Shown here: piece by piece, positions 41,427 to 56,620 of the stretch
Numbering within the stretch: the first letter of the stretch is position 1
Layout of the letters: each line of letters starts with the position of its first letter
Program-made: the position numbers and the translations under genes
The notes under the pieces: generated by a model
What the model was told of the DNA's origin: nothing
Seen by the model: the letters and a program-made list of their open reading frames with translations, nothing else
Database searches by the model: none
Source of the DNA: Macrostomum lignano
Lineage: Eukaryota
Reading direction: 5' to 3'
DNA: 64,000 bases
NCBI GenBank assembly: GCA_002269645.1
Contig: NIVC01003576.1
Span: 26,212 to 90,211 of the forward strand

Positions 41427-41669
41427 TTGAGTGCCTGCGGCGTTAAAATGAGTGCCTGCGGCGCTAAAATGAGTGCCTGCGGCGCTAGAATGAGTGCCTG
41501 CGGCGCTAAAATGAGTGCCTGTGACGCTAAAATGAGTGCCTGCGGCGTTAAAATGAGTGCCTGTGGCGCTAAAATGAGTGCCTGCGGCGCTAAAATAAGT
41601 GCCTGCGGTGCTTAAAAGAGTGCCTGCGGCGCTAAAATGAGTCTCTGCGGCGCTAAAATGAGTGCCAGC
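41427..41669. repeat. 21-bp minisatellite (TGAGTGCCTGCGGCGCTAAAA)n
   Basis: About 11 copies just outside the LINE 5' TSD. Confidence 0.95.
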
Positions 41670-42167
41670 ATATGGATGTATATATATATATGCATATGGA
41701 TCTATTAGTTAATAAGGCAAGTAAAATATGTGAAATATTTACTTGAAAGGCCATCCATGCCAGCAAAACGCTAGAAAAGTACAAGAATCTCTCGCACAAT
41801 GTCCTGGGCCTGTACAATAGCATCAGATCCTTGACTAGCTGCTGGGACCCCCGCTGTTCTGAAATTTAATAATTAATTGCTTCCCTCTTGGCTACGCGCC
41901 GAGCTCTCCGGCTGAAATCCGGACCCGACTCGAGGACAGTCCAGAAAGAAGATCCACATTGCGTGTTGAGCAATCAGCCCAGTGAGACAAGCAGACTCTG
42001 GCATGGGTTATTAATCATGACAGATCCGCTTGAGAATTCGAAATTGCTGGGAATCGAAAAATGTCGATAAAAATTAATTTTTTATAGCCTCTGTTGCTGG
42101 GTCAAATTGTAGCTGATGCTCGCGCCTGATTGGTAGGGTTTGCGTGCAGGAATATCTTAGCATAATT

Positions 42168-42860
42168 GAGTTTGATTTAGAGTTCGAGTTCAATTTCAAG
42201 TTCGAGTTCGAGTTCGAGTTTAAGTTCGAGTTCAAGTTCGAGTTTAAGTTCGAGTTCAAGTTCGAGTTTAAGTTCGAGTTCAAGTTCGAGTTCGAGTTTA
42301 AGTTCGAGTTCGAGTTCAAGTTCGAGTTTAAGTTCGAGTTCAAGTTCGAGTTCAAGTTCGAGTTCAAGTTCGAGTTCGAGTTCAAGTTCGAGTTCAAGTT
42401 CGAGTTCAAGTTCGAGTTTGTCAGATAGTTATGTGTATGGCTTGGCTAGGTCTCTCAGTTAGTTATTATTATTATTTGTTTACTTTTTAGTTCTAATGCA
42501 CTTTCGCCACCCCAGTGTCGGGGGGGGGGTGGAGTTGGTTATTTACTCTCTCTCTGTGTTGTTCAGTCACCCACCCCTAATCTTTGTCTGTGAATGAGTC
42601 AGTGAATCAATATAAATAAATATAACACCGCGCGTGGAGAGTTTCACGTGTCCTTTCTTTTCTACTTCTAATTACAATCACTCGGCTCATAATTTCAGAG
42701 TTCGAGTTCAAGTTCGAGTTCAAGTTCGAGTTCAAGCTCGAGTTTAAATTCGAGTTCGAGTTCAAGTTCAAGTTCGAGTCTGAGTTCGAGTTTGAGTTCG
42801 AGTTCAAGTTCAAGTTCAAGTTCGAGTTTGAGTTCGAGTTCAAGTTCGAGCTCGAGTTCG
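42168..42860. repeat. Two blocks (42168-42420, 42697-42860) of a 6/12-bp repeat (GAGTTC/AAGTTC)n
   Basis: Alternating GAGTTC and AAGTTC hexamers; source of the FEFKF and ELELK pseudo-ORFs. Confidence 0.93.
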
Positions 42861-43336
42861 AATACCAATGCACCATACATCGCTGTGTCAATCAACCGCT
42901 CTATTCGCGGACGCACTAGATTTGGGAAGCCAAAAGCTAATACTTTCCAAAGTCCCACACAATCTGCAGCTGCCATCAGGGCAGGTACTAAAAGGAAGTG
43001 CGATTTCGGTCCAGCAATCTGCAGCTATTTTTAAACTCGCCACCAAAACCAAATCCTCTCTTGCTTTCTGACGTTCCAGAAAATGAATTGCATTTGGGGC
43101 CGCCGATCTTCGCTTTGCTTTCGACGTGCCTGCGGTGAAGGGTTTGGTTATATTGCCCCCCCCCTGCCCCCCGTGTCTCCGCGGTGCCAGCATCTATCTA
43201 GGAATCTCTTTATGAACTCTAGGCTGGGCCAGAACACTCCCTGCTACAGTGTTCGATCTTAACAGCAGATCTGGGGGGACCTTGCCAAAGCATTGTTGTT
43301 ATGGAGGCTACAACTTGAACTGCCAAGATCTTATAG

Positions 43337-46147
<2,811 letters not shown>

Positions 46148-46504
46148 TAAGCTTTCATACCCCATCAACAAGCTAGAGATCAATGTACATACTTTCTGGG
46201 TTTTTAGATAGCAGTAAAACTATTTAAAGTGACTCCAATGCTAATACTCAAAGTTAGGCTATTCGGAAGTCGTATTGGTGACAGATATCGATCGGAAATG
46301 ATTAAAATTCGAACGGCTGGAGTGGATCGCGCTGCACTGCTCCTCTATGAAATTTCGTATAATTGTGTGTTTGTCAGTTTTGCTTCCTGTAGCATTGAGT
46401 ACTGTTGCCAGCGCGCTTGCAGACGCTTCTGGGGGAAACCTGATTGGAAGGTTGGGAGAAAAATAGGGAAACGGGAAATTATAGTTTTGAGGTGGAAAGA
46501 GGAA

Positions 46505-47103
46505 GGAGAAGAGAGATAGGGCAAAGGGAGAGGGAGGGCAAAGAGGGGAGAGAGGGCAAAGAGGGGAGAGAGGGCAAATAGGGGAGAGAGGGCAAAAAGG
46601 GGAGAGAGAGCAAAGAGGGAGAGAGGGGAGAGAGGGCAAAGAAGGGACAGAGGGCAAAGAAAGGACAGAGGGCAGAGAGGGGAGAGAGGGCAAGGAGAGG
46701 AGAGAGGGCAAATAGGGGAGAGAGGTCAAATAGGGAAGAGAGGGCAAATAGGGGAGAGAGGGCAAATAGGGGAGAGAGGGCAAATAGGGGAGAGAGGGCA
46801 AAGAGGGGAGAGAGAGCAAAGAGGGAGAGAGGGGAGAGAGGGCAAAGAAGGGACAGAGGGCAAAGAGAGGAAAGAGGGCAAATAGGGGAGAGAGGGCAAA
46901 TAGGGGAGAGAGGGCAAATAGGGGAGAGAGGGCAAAGAGGGAGAGAGGGGAGAGAGGGCAAAGAAGGGACAGAGGGCAAAGAGAGGAAAGAGGGCAAATA
47001 GGGGAGAGAGGGCAAAGCGGGGAGAGAGGGCAAAGCGGGGAGAGAGGGCAAATAGGGGAGAGAGGGCAAAGAGGGGAGAGAGGGCAAAGAGGGGAGAGAG
47101 GAG
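46505..47103. repeat. 18-bp purine-rich minisatellite (AGAGGGCAAATAGGGGAG)n
   Basis: About 33 degenerate copies. Confidence 0.94.
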
Positions 47104-47577
47104 AACAGGAGTAAAAGGAGCGGAGAAGTAGAGAGGCCATCTGAGAAATCGTTGGCAGCCCGATTTCCCAGATCCTACAGAGGTAATTCGGGGCCGCTAG
47201 CAACGCTCCTTATTGCCAGTGTGCATTCAAACAGATAAAATGCTACTAATACGCTCACTAGCCAGACAATTCCTAATTGTGCTCCGTAAATTCCTAGCCC
47301 TGATTAGCATAACAAGCTCAGCTTGCAGTTAATTCGCCAGATGTGTTGGCAAGAATCAGACTTGAGGGAATACGCTGAGCTACAGAATAAATTTGGCATG
47401 TTTTGCATTCGCCTCTCAGCAGAGCCCAGCTGGCTGTTGCACTCTGTGCTAATTGCAACAGCGGGGGCAGCTTTTATAGCGATGAAAACATACTCGGCAT
47501 GCAGAGAGCTTCGGTGCACCGCCGAATGGCAGCTCAGTTCCGGATGCGAATTAAACATGCTGTGGTTGTTCTCAGAT

Positions 47578-49195
47578 GACCGTTTTGGCGCCTCTTCAAT
47601 CCCAGTTTTGGCGCTTTTTCAGTCCCAGTTTTGGCGCTTTTTCAGTCCCAGTTTTGGCGCTTTTTCAATCCCAGTTTTGGCGCTTTTTCAATCCCAGTTT
47701 TGGCGCTTTTTCAGTCCCAGTTTTGGCGCTTTTTCAATCCCAGTTTTGGCGCTTTTTCAATCCCAGTTTTGGCGCTTTTTCAATCCCAGTTTTGACAACC
47801 CGTCAATTCCAGTTTTGGCGCTTTTTCAGTCCCAGTTTTGGCGCTTTTTCAATCCCAGTTTTGGCGCCTTTTCAATCCCAGGTTTTGCGCTTTTTCAATC
47901 CCAGTTTTGGCGCTTTTTCAATCTTAGTTTTGGCGCTTTTTCAATCCCAGTTTTGGCGCCTTTTCAATCCCAGTTTTGGCGCTTTTTCAACCCTAGTTTT
48001 GGCGCTTTTTCAATCCCAGTTTTGGCGCTTTTTGAGTCCCAGTTTTGGCGCTTTTTCAATCCCAGTTTTGGTGCCTTTTCAATCCCAGTTTTGGCGCTTT
48101 TTCAATCCCAGTTTTGGCGCTTTTTCAATCCCAGTTTTGGCGCTTTTTCAATCTTAGTTTTGGCGCTTTTTCAATCCCAGTTTTGGCGCCTTTTCAATCC
48201 CAGTTTTGGCGCTTTTTCAACCCTAGTTTTGGCGCTTTTTCAATCCCAGTTCTGGCGCTTTTTCAATCCCAGTTTTGGCGCTTTTTCAGTCCTAGTTTTG
48301 ACAACCCGTCTATCCCAGTTTTGGCGCTTTTTCATTCCTAGTTTTGACAACCCGTCAATTCCAGTTTCGGCGTCTCTTCAATCCCAGTTTTGGCGCTTTT
48401 TCGATCCCAGTTTTGGCGCTTTTTCAATCCCAGTTTTGGCGCTTTTTCAGTCCCAGTTTTGGCGCTTTTTCAATCCCAGTTTTGGCGCTTTTTCAATCCC
48501 AGTTTTGGCGCTTTTTCAATCCCAGTTTTGGCGCTTTTTCAATCCCAGTTTTGGCGCTTTTTCAATCTTAGTTTTGGCGCTTTTTCAATCCCAGTTTTGG
48601 CGCTTTTTCAATCCCAGTTTTGGCGCTTTTTCAATCCCAGTTTTGGCGCTTTTTCAATCCCAGTTTTGGCGCTTTTTCAACCCTAGTTTTGGCGCTTTTT
48701 CAATCCCAGTTTTGGCGCTTTTTCAATCCCAGTTTTGGCGCTTTTTCAATCCCAGTTTTGGCGCTTTTTCAACCCTAGTTTTGGCGCTTTTTCAATCCCA
48801 GTTTTGGCGCTTTTTCAATCTTAGTTTTGGCGCTTTTTCAATCCCAGTTTTGGCGCTTTTTCAATCTTAGTTTTGGCGCTTTTTCAATCCCAGTTTTGGC
48901 GCTTTTTCAATCCCAGTTTTGGCGCTTTTTCAATCCCAGTTTTGGCGCTTTTTCAACCCTAGTTTTGGCGCTTTTTCAATCCCAGTTTTGGCGCTTTTTC
49001 AATCCCAGTTTTGGCGCTTTTTCAATCTTAGTTTTGGCGCTTTTTCAATCCCAGTTTTGGCGCTTTTTCAATCCCAGTTTTGGCGCTTTTTCAACCCTAG
49101 TTTTGGCGCTTTTTCAATCCCAGTTTTGGCGCTTTTTCAATCCCAGTTTTGGCGCTTTTTCAATCCCAGTTTTGGCGCTTTTTTAATCCCAGTTT
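47578..49195. repeat. 23-bp satellite (CAATCCCAGTTTTGGCGCTTTTT)n
   Basis: About 70 copies, ending ~1.2 kb upstream of the Slo1 start codon. Confidence 0.98.
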
Positions 49196-50375
49196 TTACG
49201 TCTTCCAGCAACAGTTTCGGACCACAGTTTCAAAACCCTTTTAATAAAGCCTCAAGATAATTCAGTCAGATCAACAGACCTTTTCTGCTGTTCGCACGGA
49301 ACTGGGAGTTGCTTGGGGATTTCTTTACCAGAAAATCACTTCACGCTGGGGCCGCGCTGTTTGTTAGAATGGAGACCAGATGGTTAAAATTGGATAAGGA
49401 GTGAAACTATAAGAGGAGAAAAGACGAGAGCTGACCCAGAAACAGGGGGCAAGTAACGAGGAGAATTATCCTTTGCTAAGAAACATTTGGCCAACCCAGA
49501 AGAAAAAATGCCTGTCCCGGCTGCTTATTCATTTCGGACTGCGAACATCTCCATTCTCCCCCCTGCCCGCAAAGTCCCCCCCCTCGGGCAGACTGCTGCC
49601 CCCCATCCCGAGGCCCCAAGAGCTTTGATAGCTTCGAAAGCTTGGCCTCCCTAAAACACGCTGACAAGGGGGAGGCGAGAGAGAGGGAGAGACTACAGCA
49701 GCTGTACGAGTAATGGCTGCTGTAAGGGAGAGGCAGACCAGAGGGCGTGGTGGGGCTTCAAATGGACTGCCTGCAGCAGCAGCAGCAGCAGCAGCAGTGA
49801 GGAGGGTAGCTTAGCATTTTTGTGCCGTGCGCCCACCAAAAGTGCAGACGGATCGCTGATTACCAATACTGCCTGGCTGCCTGACTGACTGCTTGAGGAA
49901 GGGACAGTGAAGAACAGCGGGCGCATTGTTCGGCTTTTTCGGTCTTCACAACTGCACTGGACAGTCCAGAGCCCCGCTCGCGAACTGCAGCGGCCAATGG
50001 GAGAGGGGCGAAGGCTAGAGGGTAGCGGAGAGGCTGCTGGGGACGATGCGGCACTAAGAGCATCGGTGGACAGAGTTGCGCTTCTTGTTGCAGTACACAC
50101 CAACGGGCGGGGGATAAGATACAGTACCGGAGAGTCGGGCAATTTACGCCCAAAGTGGATTTTAGTTTCCACTGCTGCAGTGGCTGTCCATAGGCCAGCG
50201 TCTGACAGCTCGCATTCATAGCCTTCGAGCAGCGCTCTCGCGGCTTGTCAACCTCGCCAAGTGGGCCGTCTGTTCCTGCTGGTTCAGCGCTACCGACAGC
50301 GCGCACGATCGGCCCTCAGCCGTCGATGCTGAGTAGCTGGTGGCGGCAGCGGCAGATCGGCAAAACCATTGCGCC

Positions 50376-53300
50376 ATGGCCACTGCCACCACGGCCGCTT
50401 CTGCTTCAACGAAGCTGCTCACGACTGCGGCTGCGGCAACGACGACAGCTGCGACAGCCGCGGCAGCCGCCAACGGAACTCGCTCGTCGCTGGCGGGCCC
50501 GCTGGCCTGCACCGGCCAGCGCAAGTGGTACATCTTCCTGGCCAGCAGCGGCATCGTGCTCCTCGGCGGCGTCCTGTTCGTCCTCATCTACCGCCTGCTG
50601 TCGCACCTGGCCGGCAAGATCGGGGCCGGCAGGGCCGGCGCCGCCGGCAAGCAGCCGGAGAACAAGGAGAAAACGGATGACAGCGGAGACGAGGATGAGG
50701 CCGACGAGTCAACCGAAGAGGAAGTCGAAGTCGGCTGGCTGACGGAGGCCAAGGACTGGGCGGGCGAGTTGATCTCCGGCCAGACCACCACAGGCCGCAT
50801 CCTGGTGGTGCTGGTGTTCCTGATCAGCATCGCCTCCCTCATGGTGTACATCATCGACACGGCCAGCATGAAGCAGACCGAGGAGTGCATCCGCTGGTCG
50901 GACAGCCTGTCCCAGCAAATCGATCTCGCCTTCAATGTCATCTTCCTGATCTACTTCTTCATCCGGTTCATCGCCGCCCAGGACAAGCTGCTGTTCTGGT
51001 TCGAGATGTACAGCCTGGTGGACATCCTGACCATACCGCCGTCGTTTGTCTCAATCTACCTGAACCGCAACTGGATCGGGCTGCGCTCGACTCGAGCTCT
51101 GCGCATCCTCAGCCTGCCGGACGTGCTGCAGTACCTGAACATTCTGAAGACCAGCACGAGCATCCGGCTGTTCCAGCTCATGACATTCTTCGCCTCCCTG
51201 GTGCTCACCGCGGCCGGCTTCGTGCACCTGATTGAGAACTCGGGCGACCCGCCGTCATTCACCAATCCGAACATCAGCTTCAACATGACCTATCCGACCT
51301 GCATCTATTTTGTTATCGTGACCATGTCGACTGTGGGCTACGGCGACATCTATTGCACCACGAGCACCGGCCGGCTGTTCTCCGCCCTGGTGATCATGGG
51401 CGGTCTGGCCGTGTTCGCCAACTCCATCCCGGAGATCGCAGACATCCTCAGCTCGCGCAACAAGTACGGCGGCTACTACCGCAAGGAGGCCGGCAAGCAG
51501 CACATCGTGCTGTGCGGCCACATCACCTACGAGTCCGTGGCCAACTTCCTCGGCGACTTCCTGCACGAGGACCGCGAAGATGTTGACGTCCAGATTGTGA
51601 TTCTGGACAAGCACGTGCCCGACCTGGAGCTGCAGGGCCTGTTCAAGCGTCACTTCACCCAGGTGGAGTTCTTCCAGGGCTCCGTGATGAACTCCAAGGA
51701 CCTGTCCCGGGTGGGCCTGGAGACGGCGGACGCTTGCCTGGTGCTGGCCAACAAGTACTGCCCCGACCCGGATGCTGAGGATGCGGCCAACATCATGCGC
51801 GTGATCTCCATCAAGAACTTCTATGAGCGGATCAAGGTGATCATCCAGCTGATGCAGTACCACAACAAGACCTACCTGCTGAACATCCCCAGCTGGGACT
51901 GGAAGCAGGGCGACGATGCCGTCTGCATCGCCGAGCTGAAGCTGGGCTTCCTGGCGCAGAGCTGCCTGGCGTTCGGCTTCTCCACCCTGCTGGCCAACCT
52001 GTTCACCATGCGCAGCTACAAGGACGACAAGGCCATGCCTAAATGGCTCAACAACTACCTGGAGGGCGCCGGCATGGAGATGTACACCGAGTACCTGTCG
52101 CCGGCGTTCGAAGGCCTGACGTTTCCCATGGCGGCTGAGCTGTGCTTCACCAGGCTGAACCTGCTGCTCATTGCTGTAGAGGCCAAGAACGACCAGGGCA
52201 CGGAGAGCTGCATCGCCATCAACCCCAAGGAGAACATCCGCATCGAGCAGGGCACGCAGGGCTTCTTCATCGCCCAAGCGGCCGAGGAGGTCAAGAAGGC
52301 GTTTTTCTTCTGCAAACGCTGCCACGGCGACGTCGAAGACTCGCGTCTGATAAAGAAGTGCCGCTGCAAAACTTCTGTGGCGATAACGGCCAAGTCAAAG
52401 TCGCAATCAAAGCAAAAGCAACTGCAACAACAGCAGCAGAAAAAGCAGCAGCATCAGCAGCAGGCAGCAAATCCCAGGAGCAGAAATCACCCGGGCCAGG
52501 GCCAGAACTCGCTACCGGTTGCTACGGGCGGCTTGGGCGACGGAGGCGGCGCGAGTCCTGGCCGGCACCTGCAGCTGCCGGGATCGGCTCCGGAGCCGGG
52601 GGACATCAGCCACAGCAGCCGGCACGGCAAGCTCTCTGTGGCGCACACCAACCCGATCTCGCTGCAGAAGCTGCACGATCAGATGGACCGCAAGTTCGAC
52701 TCCACTGGAATGTTCCACTGGTGTCCAGATGTGAACTTCGAGGACGCGATTCTGGACCGCGAGCAGGTCACGGCGACGGTGTACTCTAACCACATCGTCG
52801 TCTGCCTGTTCGCCGACGCTGGCAGCCCGTTGATCGGCCTGCGCAACTTCGTGATGCCGCTTCGGGCGAGCAACTTTCATTATCACGATCTCAAGCACGT
52901 GATCTTCGTAGGCAACGCCGACTACATGCGGCGCGAGTGGAAGACGCTGATGAATTTTCCCAAGCTGAGCATCTTCCCCGGCTCCCCGCTCAACCGGTCC
53001 AACCTGCGCGCGGTCAACATCAACCTGGCCGAGATCTGCGTGGTGCTGAGCTCGAAGCAGGCTTCGAATCTGGACGACCCGACTCTGGCCGACAAGGAGG
53101 CCATTCTGTGCTCGCTGAACATCAAGGCGATGAAGTTCGACACCGAGGCTCCACCGACTCAGCAGGTCGCCACCACGCCACCGAGCTCTAATAACAACGT
53201 CCGAATCCTGACGGAGCTCTCCATGGACGATAACGTCCAGTTCCTCGAGCAGGACGACGACGATGACCCCGACATTGAGCTGTACATGACGCAGCCGTTC

Positions 53301-53861
53301 GCCTGCGGCACCTCGTTTGCCATCAGCGTGCTCGACTCCCTCATGAGCACGGCCTATTTCAACGAGAATGCGCTGACGCTAATCCGGACGCTCATCACGG
53401 GCGGAGCAACGCCCGAGCTTGAGCAGATCCTGGCCGAGGGCGCCGGCATTCGCGGCGGCTTCAGCACGCCGGAGTCGTTGGCAAATCGGGACAGATCGCG
53501 AGTCTCCCAGCTGGCGGTTGACGACGAACGACTTCGAGAATTTGTCACCGGAGCCGGGGCGGTGTACTCCGACCTGTTTCTGGGCGCTCTGCACCGGTAC
53601 GGCATCCTCTGCATCGGCCTGTACCGGCTGCTCACCCCGCCGGAAGAGGGCAAGCAGACGCTCAAGAAGCGCTACATCATCACGAATCCGCCGGCCAAAT
53701 TCCCGGTGCTGATGTCGGATAGGGTGGTCTGCCTGCAGCGGTTCACCAACCAGCACGAGGGCCGGCACAGCCACGGCAGCGGCGCAGCAAGCGGCGGCCC
53801 CGGTGGCTCCTCAATTGGCCGGCCGCCTCCGGGAGGCCTGCAGCATCAGAGATCCGCGTGA
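50376..53861 (+). CDS. KCNMA1: Slo1/BK large-conductance Ca2+-activated K+ channel alpha subunit, single exon, 1161 aa
   Basis: First ATG (GCCATGG) at 50376 follows an in-frame TAG. Present in one uninterrupted ORF: S0 ([11 protein letters not shown]), [22 protein letters not shown]4 (GLR..RALR), pore (TMSTVGYGD), RCK1 ([12 protein letters not shown]; [16 protein letters not shown]), CKRCH heme motif, RCK2 and the calcium bowl ([24 protein letters not shown]). Confidence 0.97.
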   Translation: MATATTAASASTKLLTTAAAATTTAATAAAAANGTRSSLAGPLACTGQRKWYIFLASSGIVLLGGVLFVLIYRLLSHLAGKIGAGRAGAAGKQPENKEKTDDSGDEDEADESTEEEVEVGWLTEAKDWAGELISGQTTTGRILVVLVFLISIASLMVYIIDTASMKQTEECIRWSDSLSQQIDLAFNVIFLIYFFIRFIAAQDKLLFWFEMYSLVDILTIPPSFVSIYLNRNWIGLRSTRALRILSLPDVLQYLNILKTSTSIRLFQLMTFFASLVLTAAGFVHLIENSGDPPSFTNPNISFNMTYPTCIYFVIVTMSTVGYGDIYCTTSTGRLFSALVIMGGLAVFANSIPEIADILSSRNKYGGYYRKEAGKQHIVLCGHITYESVANFLGDFLHEDREDVDVQIVILDKHVPDLELQGLFKRHFTQVEFFQGSVMNSKDLSRVGLETADACLVLANKYCPDPDAEDAANIMRVISIKNFYERIKVIIQLMQYHNKTYLLNIPSWDWKQGDDAVCIAELKLGFLAQSCLAFGFSTLLANLFTMRSYKDDKAMPKWLNNYLEGAGMEMYTEYLSPAFEGLTFPMAAELCFTRLNLLLIAVEAKNDQGTESCIAINPKENIRIEQGTQGFFIAQAAEEVKKAFFFCKRCHGDVEDSRLIKKCRCKTSVAITAKSKSQSKQKQLQQQQQKKQQHQQQAANPRSRNHPGQGQNSLPVATGGLGDGGGASPGRHLQLPGSAPEPGDISHSSRHGKLSVAHTNPISLQKLHDQMDRKFDSTGMFHWCPDVNFEDAILDREQVTATVYSNHIVVCLFADAGSPLIGLRNFVMPLRASNFHYHDLKHVIFVGNADYMRREWKTLMNFPKLSIFPGSPLNRSNLRAVNINLAEICVVLSSKQASNLDDPTLADKEAILCSLNIKAMKFDTEAPPTQQVATTPPSSNNNVRILTELSMDDNVQFLEQDDDDDPDIELYMTQPFACGTSFAISVLDSLMSTAYFNENALTLIRTLITGGATPELEQILAEGAGIRGGFSTPESLANRDRSRVSQLAVDDERLREFVTGAGAVYSDLFLGALHRYGILCIGLYRLLTPPEEGKQTLKKRYIITNPPAKFPVLMSDRVVCLQRFTNQHEGRHSHGSGAASGGPGGSSIGRPPPGGLQHQRSA

Positions 53862-55317
53862 GCCGTCGGTGCGTTGCCTGCAGTCTGTCGTGTCAACGAA
53901 TCTGTGCTCTTTTACAGACGAGAACCGCATCGAATGCGCCGGAAACAAACAGAAATTTACACGCACTGCAGCTGCAGTAACAGTTGAGCACCCTTGCCTT
54001 TCTCTACACTTTAACAGCTTCCCCTCGGATGCGCCCCAACCTTCTCACCGCCGGCGATGCGTTCTCTTAACCCGCCATTCAATACCGACAGGTCGTCCAA
54101 TTGTTTGCCATCAGGTGGGGCGATCGTGTAAAACTTATTCGCGGATAAATGATTTTTTTACCTTCTAATGTGCCAGGTGATATCAGTAGTGTTTTGTACT
54201 TCTCTGGATAAAATCAGGTGACATTCTCAGAATCAGCATAGCCCATCTAACTAACGCGTCTTTTATTTATTATTTATTAAAGGCAGGGGGGTTGTGTGCA
54301 CCCTGGCGCACTTTAAGCGACATAGGCACACAACCGGCGAGAGGCATTACTGCCCATTCCGCCGACTCCCCTGAGCAGGCATACAAGCGCGCGCGGATAC
54401 GTACGCAGGCACACACTCACACAGGGTGTACAGCGGCCGACTTTCAAACCGTCGGGCAGGCGTGTACACTCCTGTGTCATGCACAGCTGGGCTGCTCTGG
54501 GGCGCAGAAGTCAAGCAACGCTATTTGTGATTAGAACTTCTTCAAGAGCTCTTCAACGCCACTATGGGGCCTAGCCATAGTCAAGAGTCAATTGACGTCA
54601 AATCTCTTCCTTTGATTCTGAGATATCCCGAGTCATTTTAATAACTTGCTCACCTTGCTCACACACATCGACAGTTGTCCCCAACATTATTAGCAAGCAG
54701 TTTTGATTTAACATACTGGTAGCTTCAATTCATCATAGCAAACCTCTACCTGTTCACTAACTTCATTGGAATTAACATAGCCATCAACTTCGATCTCATT
54801 GGTTTACAATAAATTAATTATCCTTAAGTCCAATAGACTAATCTGATAAACATCTTCTTCTATCTAGCCTGATCCCTCCCAGGTTTTATTATGCCACCTC
54901 AGGACCTGTCATATTGTTTGAACTTTTCTTTTACCAAACCAGACAATGTGACAATAGCCTAAGAAAGAATTGTTGGTTTAATGCTTTATTTTTCTCCGCA
55001 TGGCAACTCACAAGTGTCTCACCTTTTACTCGTAGATGTTTTTTGATGATTAACTTGCTGAAGATTTTGTTGCGGCTTCTGTCTGAAGTGTTTTGCTCTA
55101 TCCCAGATTCGATTCCTGCCCAATCTGAAGCCAGTTCGTTTGTGTAACATTAATTAACTTCATTGTGAATTTGTGAATTTGTGCTCTCTGTTTCACTTAA
55201 CTCTGCCCACCGTTTGGACTCACACCGACTCATCGGCAGGTGGCAAACTCTGCAAATACACGAAGTATATTACCAATAAAATTACCGATTTTAAACTCAG
55301 TCTCTTGGATTAACTGT

Positions 55318-55930
55318 TACAGTAGAGTTCATCTCACTGTTAGATACGGGTTAGACCACCTGTTACAGCCGATCTCACTGTTAGATACGGGTTAGACCAT
55401 CTGTTACAGCCAATGTCACTGTTAGATACGGGTTAGACCATCTGTTACAGCCAATGTCACTGTTAGATACGGGTTAGACCATCTGTTACAGCCAATCTCA
55501 CTGTTAGATACGGGTTAGATCATCTGTTACAGCCGATCTCACTGTTAGACACGGGTTAGATCATCTGTTACAGCCAATGTCACTGTTAGATACGGGTTAG
55601 ACCACCTGTTACAGCCAATGTCACTGTTAGATACGGGTTAGACCATCTGTTACAGCCAATCTCACTGTTAGATACGGGTTAGACCACCTGTTACAGCCAA
55701 TGTCACTGTTAGATACGGGTTAGACCACCTGTTACAGCCAATGTCACTGTTAGATACGGGTTAGACCACCTGTTACAGCCAATGTCACTGTTAGATACGG
55801 GTTAGACCATCTGTTACAGCCAATCTCACTGTTAGATACGGGTTAGATCATCTGTTACAGCCGATCTCACTGTTAGACACGGGTTAGATAATCTGTTACA
55901 GCCAATGTCACTGTTAGGCACGGGTCAGAT
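55318..55930. repeat. 41-bp minisatellite (CTGTTAGATACGGGTTAGACCATCTGTTACAGCCAATGTCA)n
   Basis: About 14 copies between Slo1 and the KCNE-like gene. Confidence 0.96.
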
Positions 55931-56620
55931 CACATGTGAACTAAGTTTGCATGCATGGAATAGCTGCTCATAGTAAAATAACACATTGTGGTTGCTTAAA
56001 AACAAAAATATTTTTGGGTTCTCATGCTAACAAGTACTCAAAAGGCCCAGCATCCTGAGCGGTCTCAAAGTCAAAGAAATTCATCCCAGTTTTAGGATTC
56101 TAAGTTAATTAACTAAGGCTGTTTGTGTCTCATCTCAAGATAAGAATTAATCAATCCATTCTGTTTGAGGCATAACAAACTCAGTTCTGAGCTAATTTGT
56201 AGAAAGTGAAGACTGCAGTGGAAAAGATGAAAAAATACTTCACCAAGAGCACTATGCAGTGCTTGCTGGCGTGTGCGCAGTTTTCATGCATCTGATAGAT
56301 GGCAAAGAATAAATCTGGGGTCTTCGCGGGGACGAGAGGAAGTTGAGATAGCTAGAGTGGAAAGGATGGGGAATGATAATGCTGGAACAGGAAAGATGGG
56401 AGACGAATGCGTAGCTAAAGAAGACACAAGGTGGAGAGGGGCATGAGCAGCTGGTAAGAAGACTCGATGAAGGTAAAGGAAAGAATGCTGTACTGTGTGT
56501 GGAGCTAGGACCAGAGCGTACAGTTAATGGGGAGAGAAAATGTCCGGACAACTACATGTATTTAGATATGGGTCAAGCCGGAGTTACGAGCTACCTGTGA
56601 TTTGCTTTGAAGAAATAGCC

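Noticed and set aside
50216-53774. Many antisense and alternative-frame ORFs over Slo1 (also over RPF1, CFAP298, Spinster and the LINE)
   Set aside because: Expected shadow ORFs of GC3-rich coding sequence; no independent motifs.
54270-55160. Possible decayed element downstream of Slo1 (TTAT-rich end, stop-riddled minus-strand frame)
   Set aside because: No recognisable RT, transposase or other motif; cannot be supported without a search.
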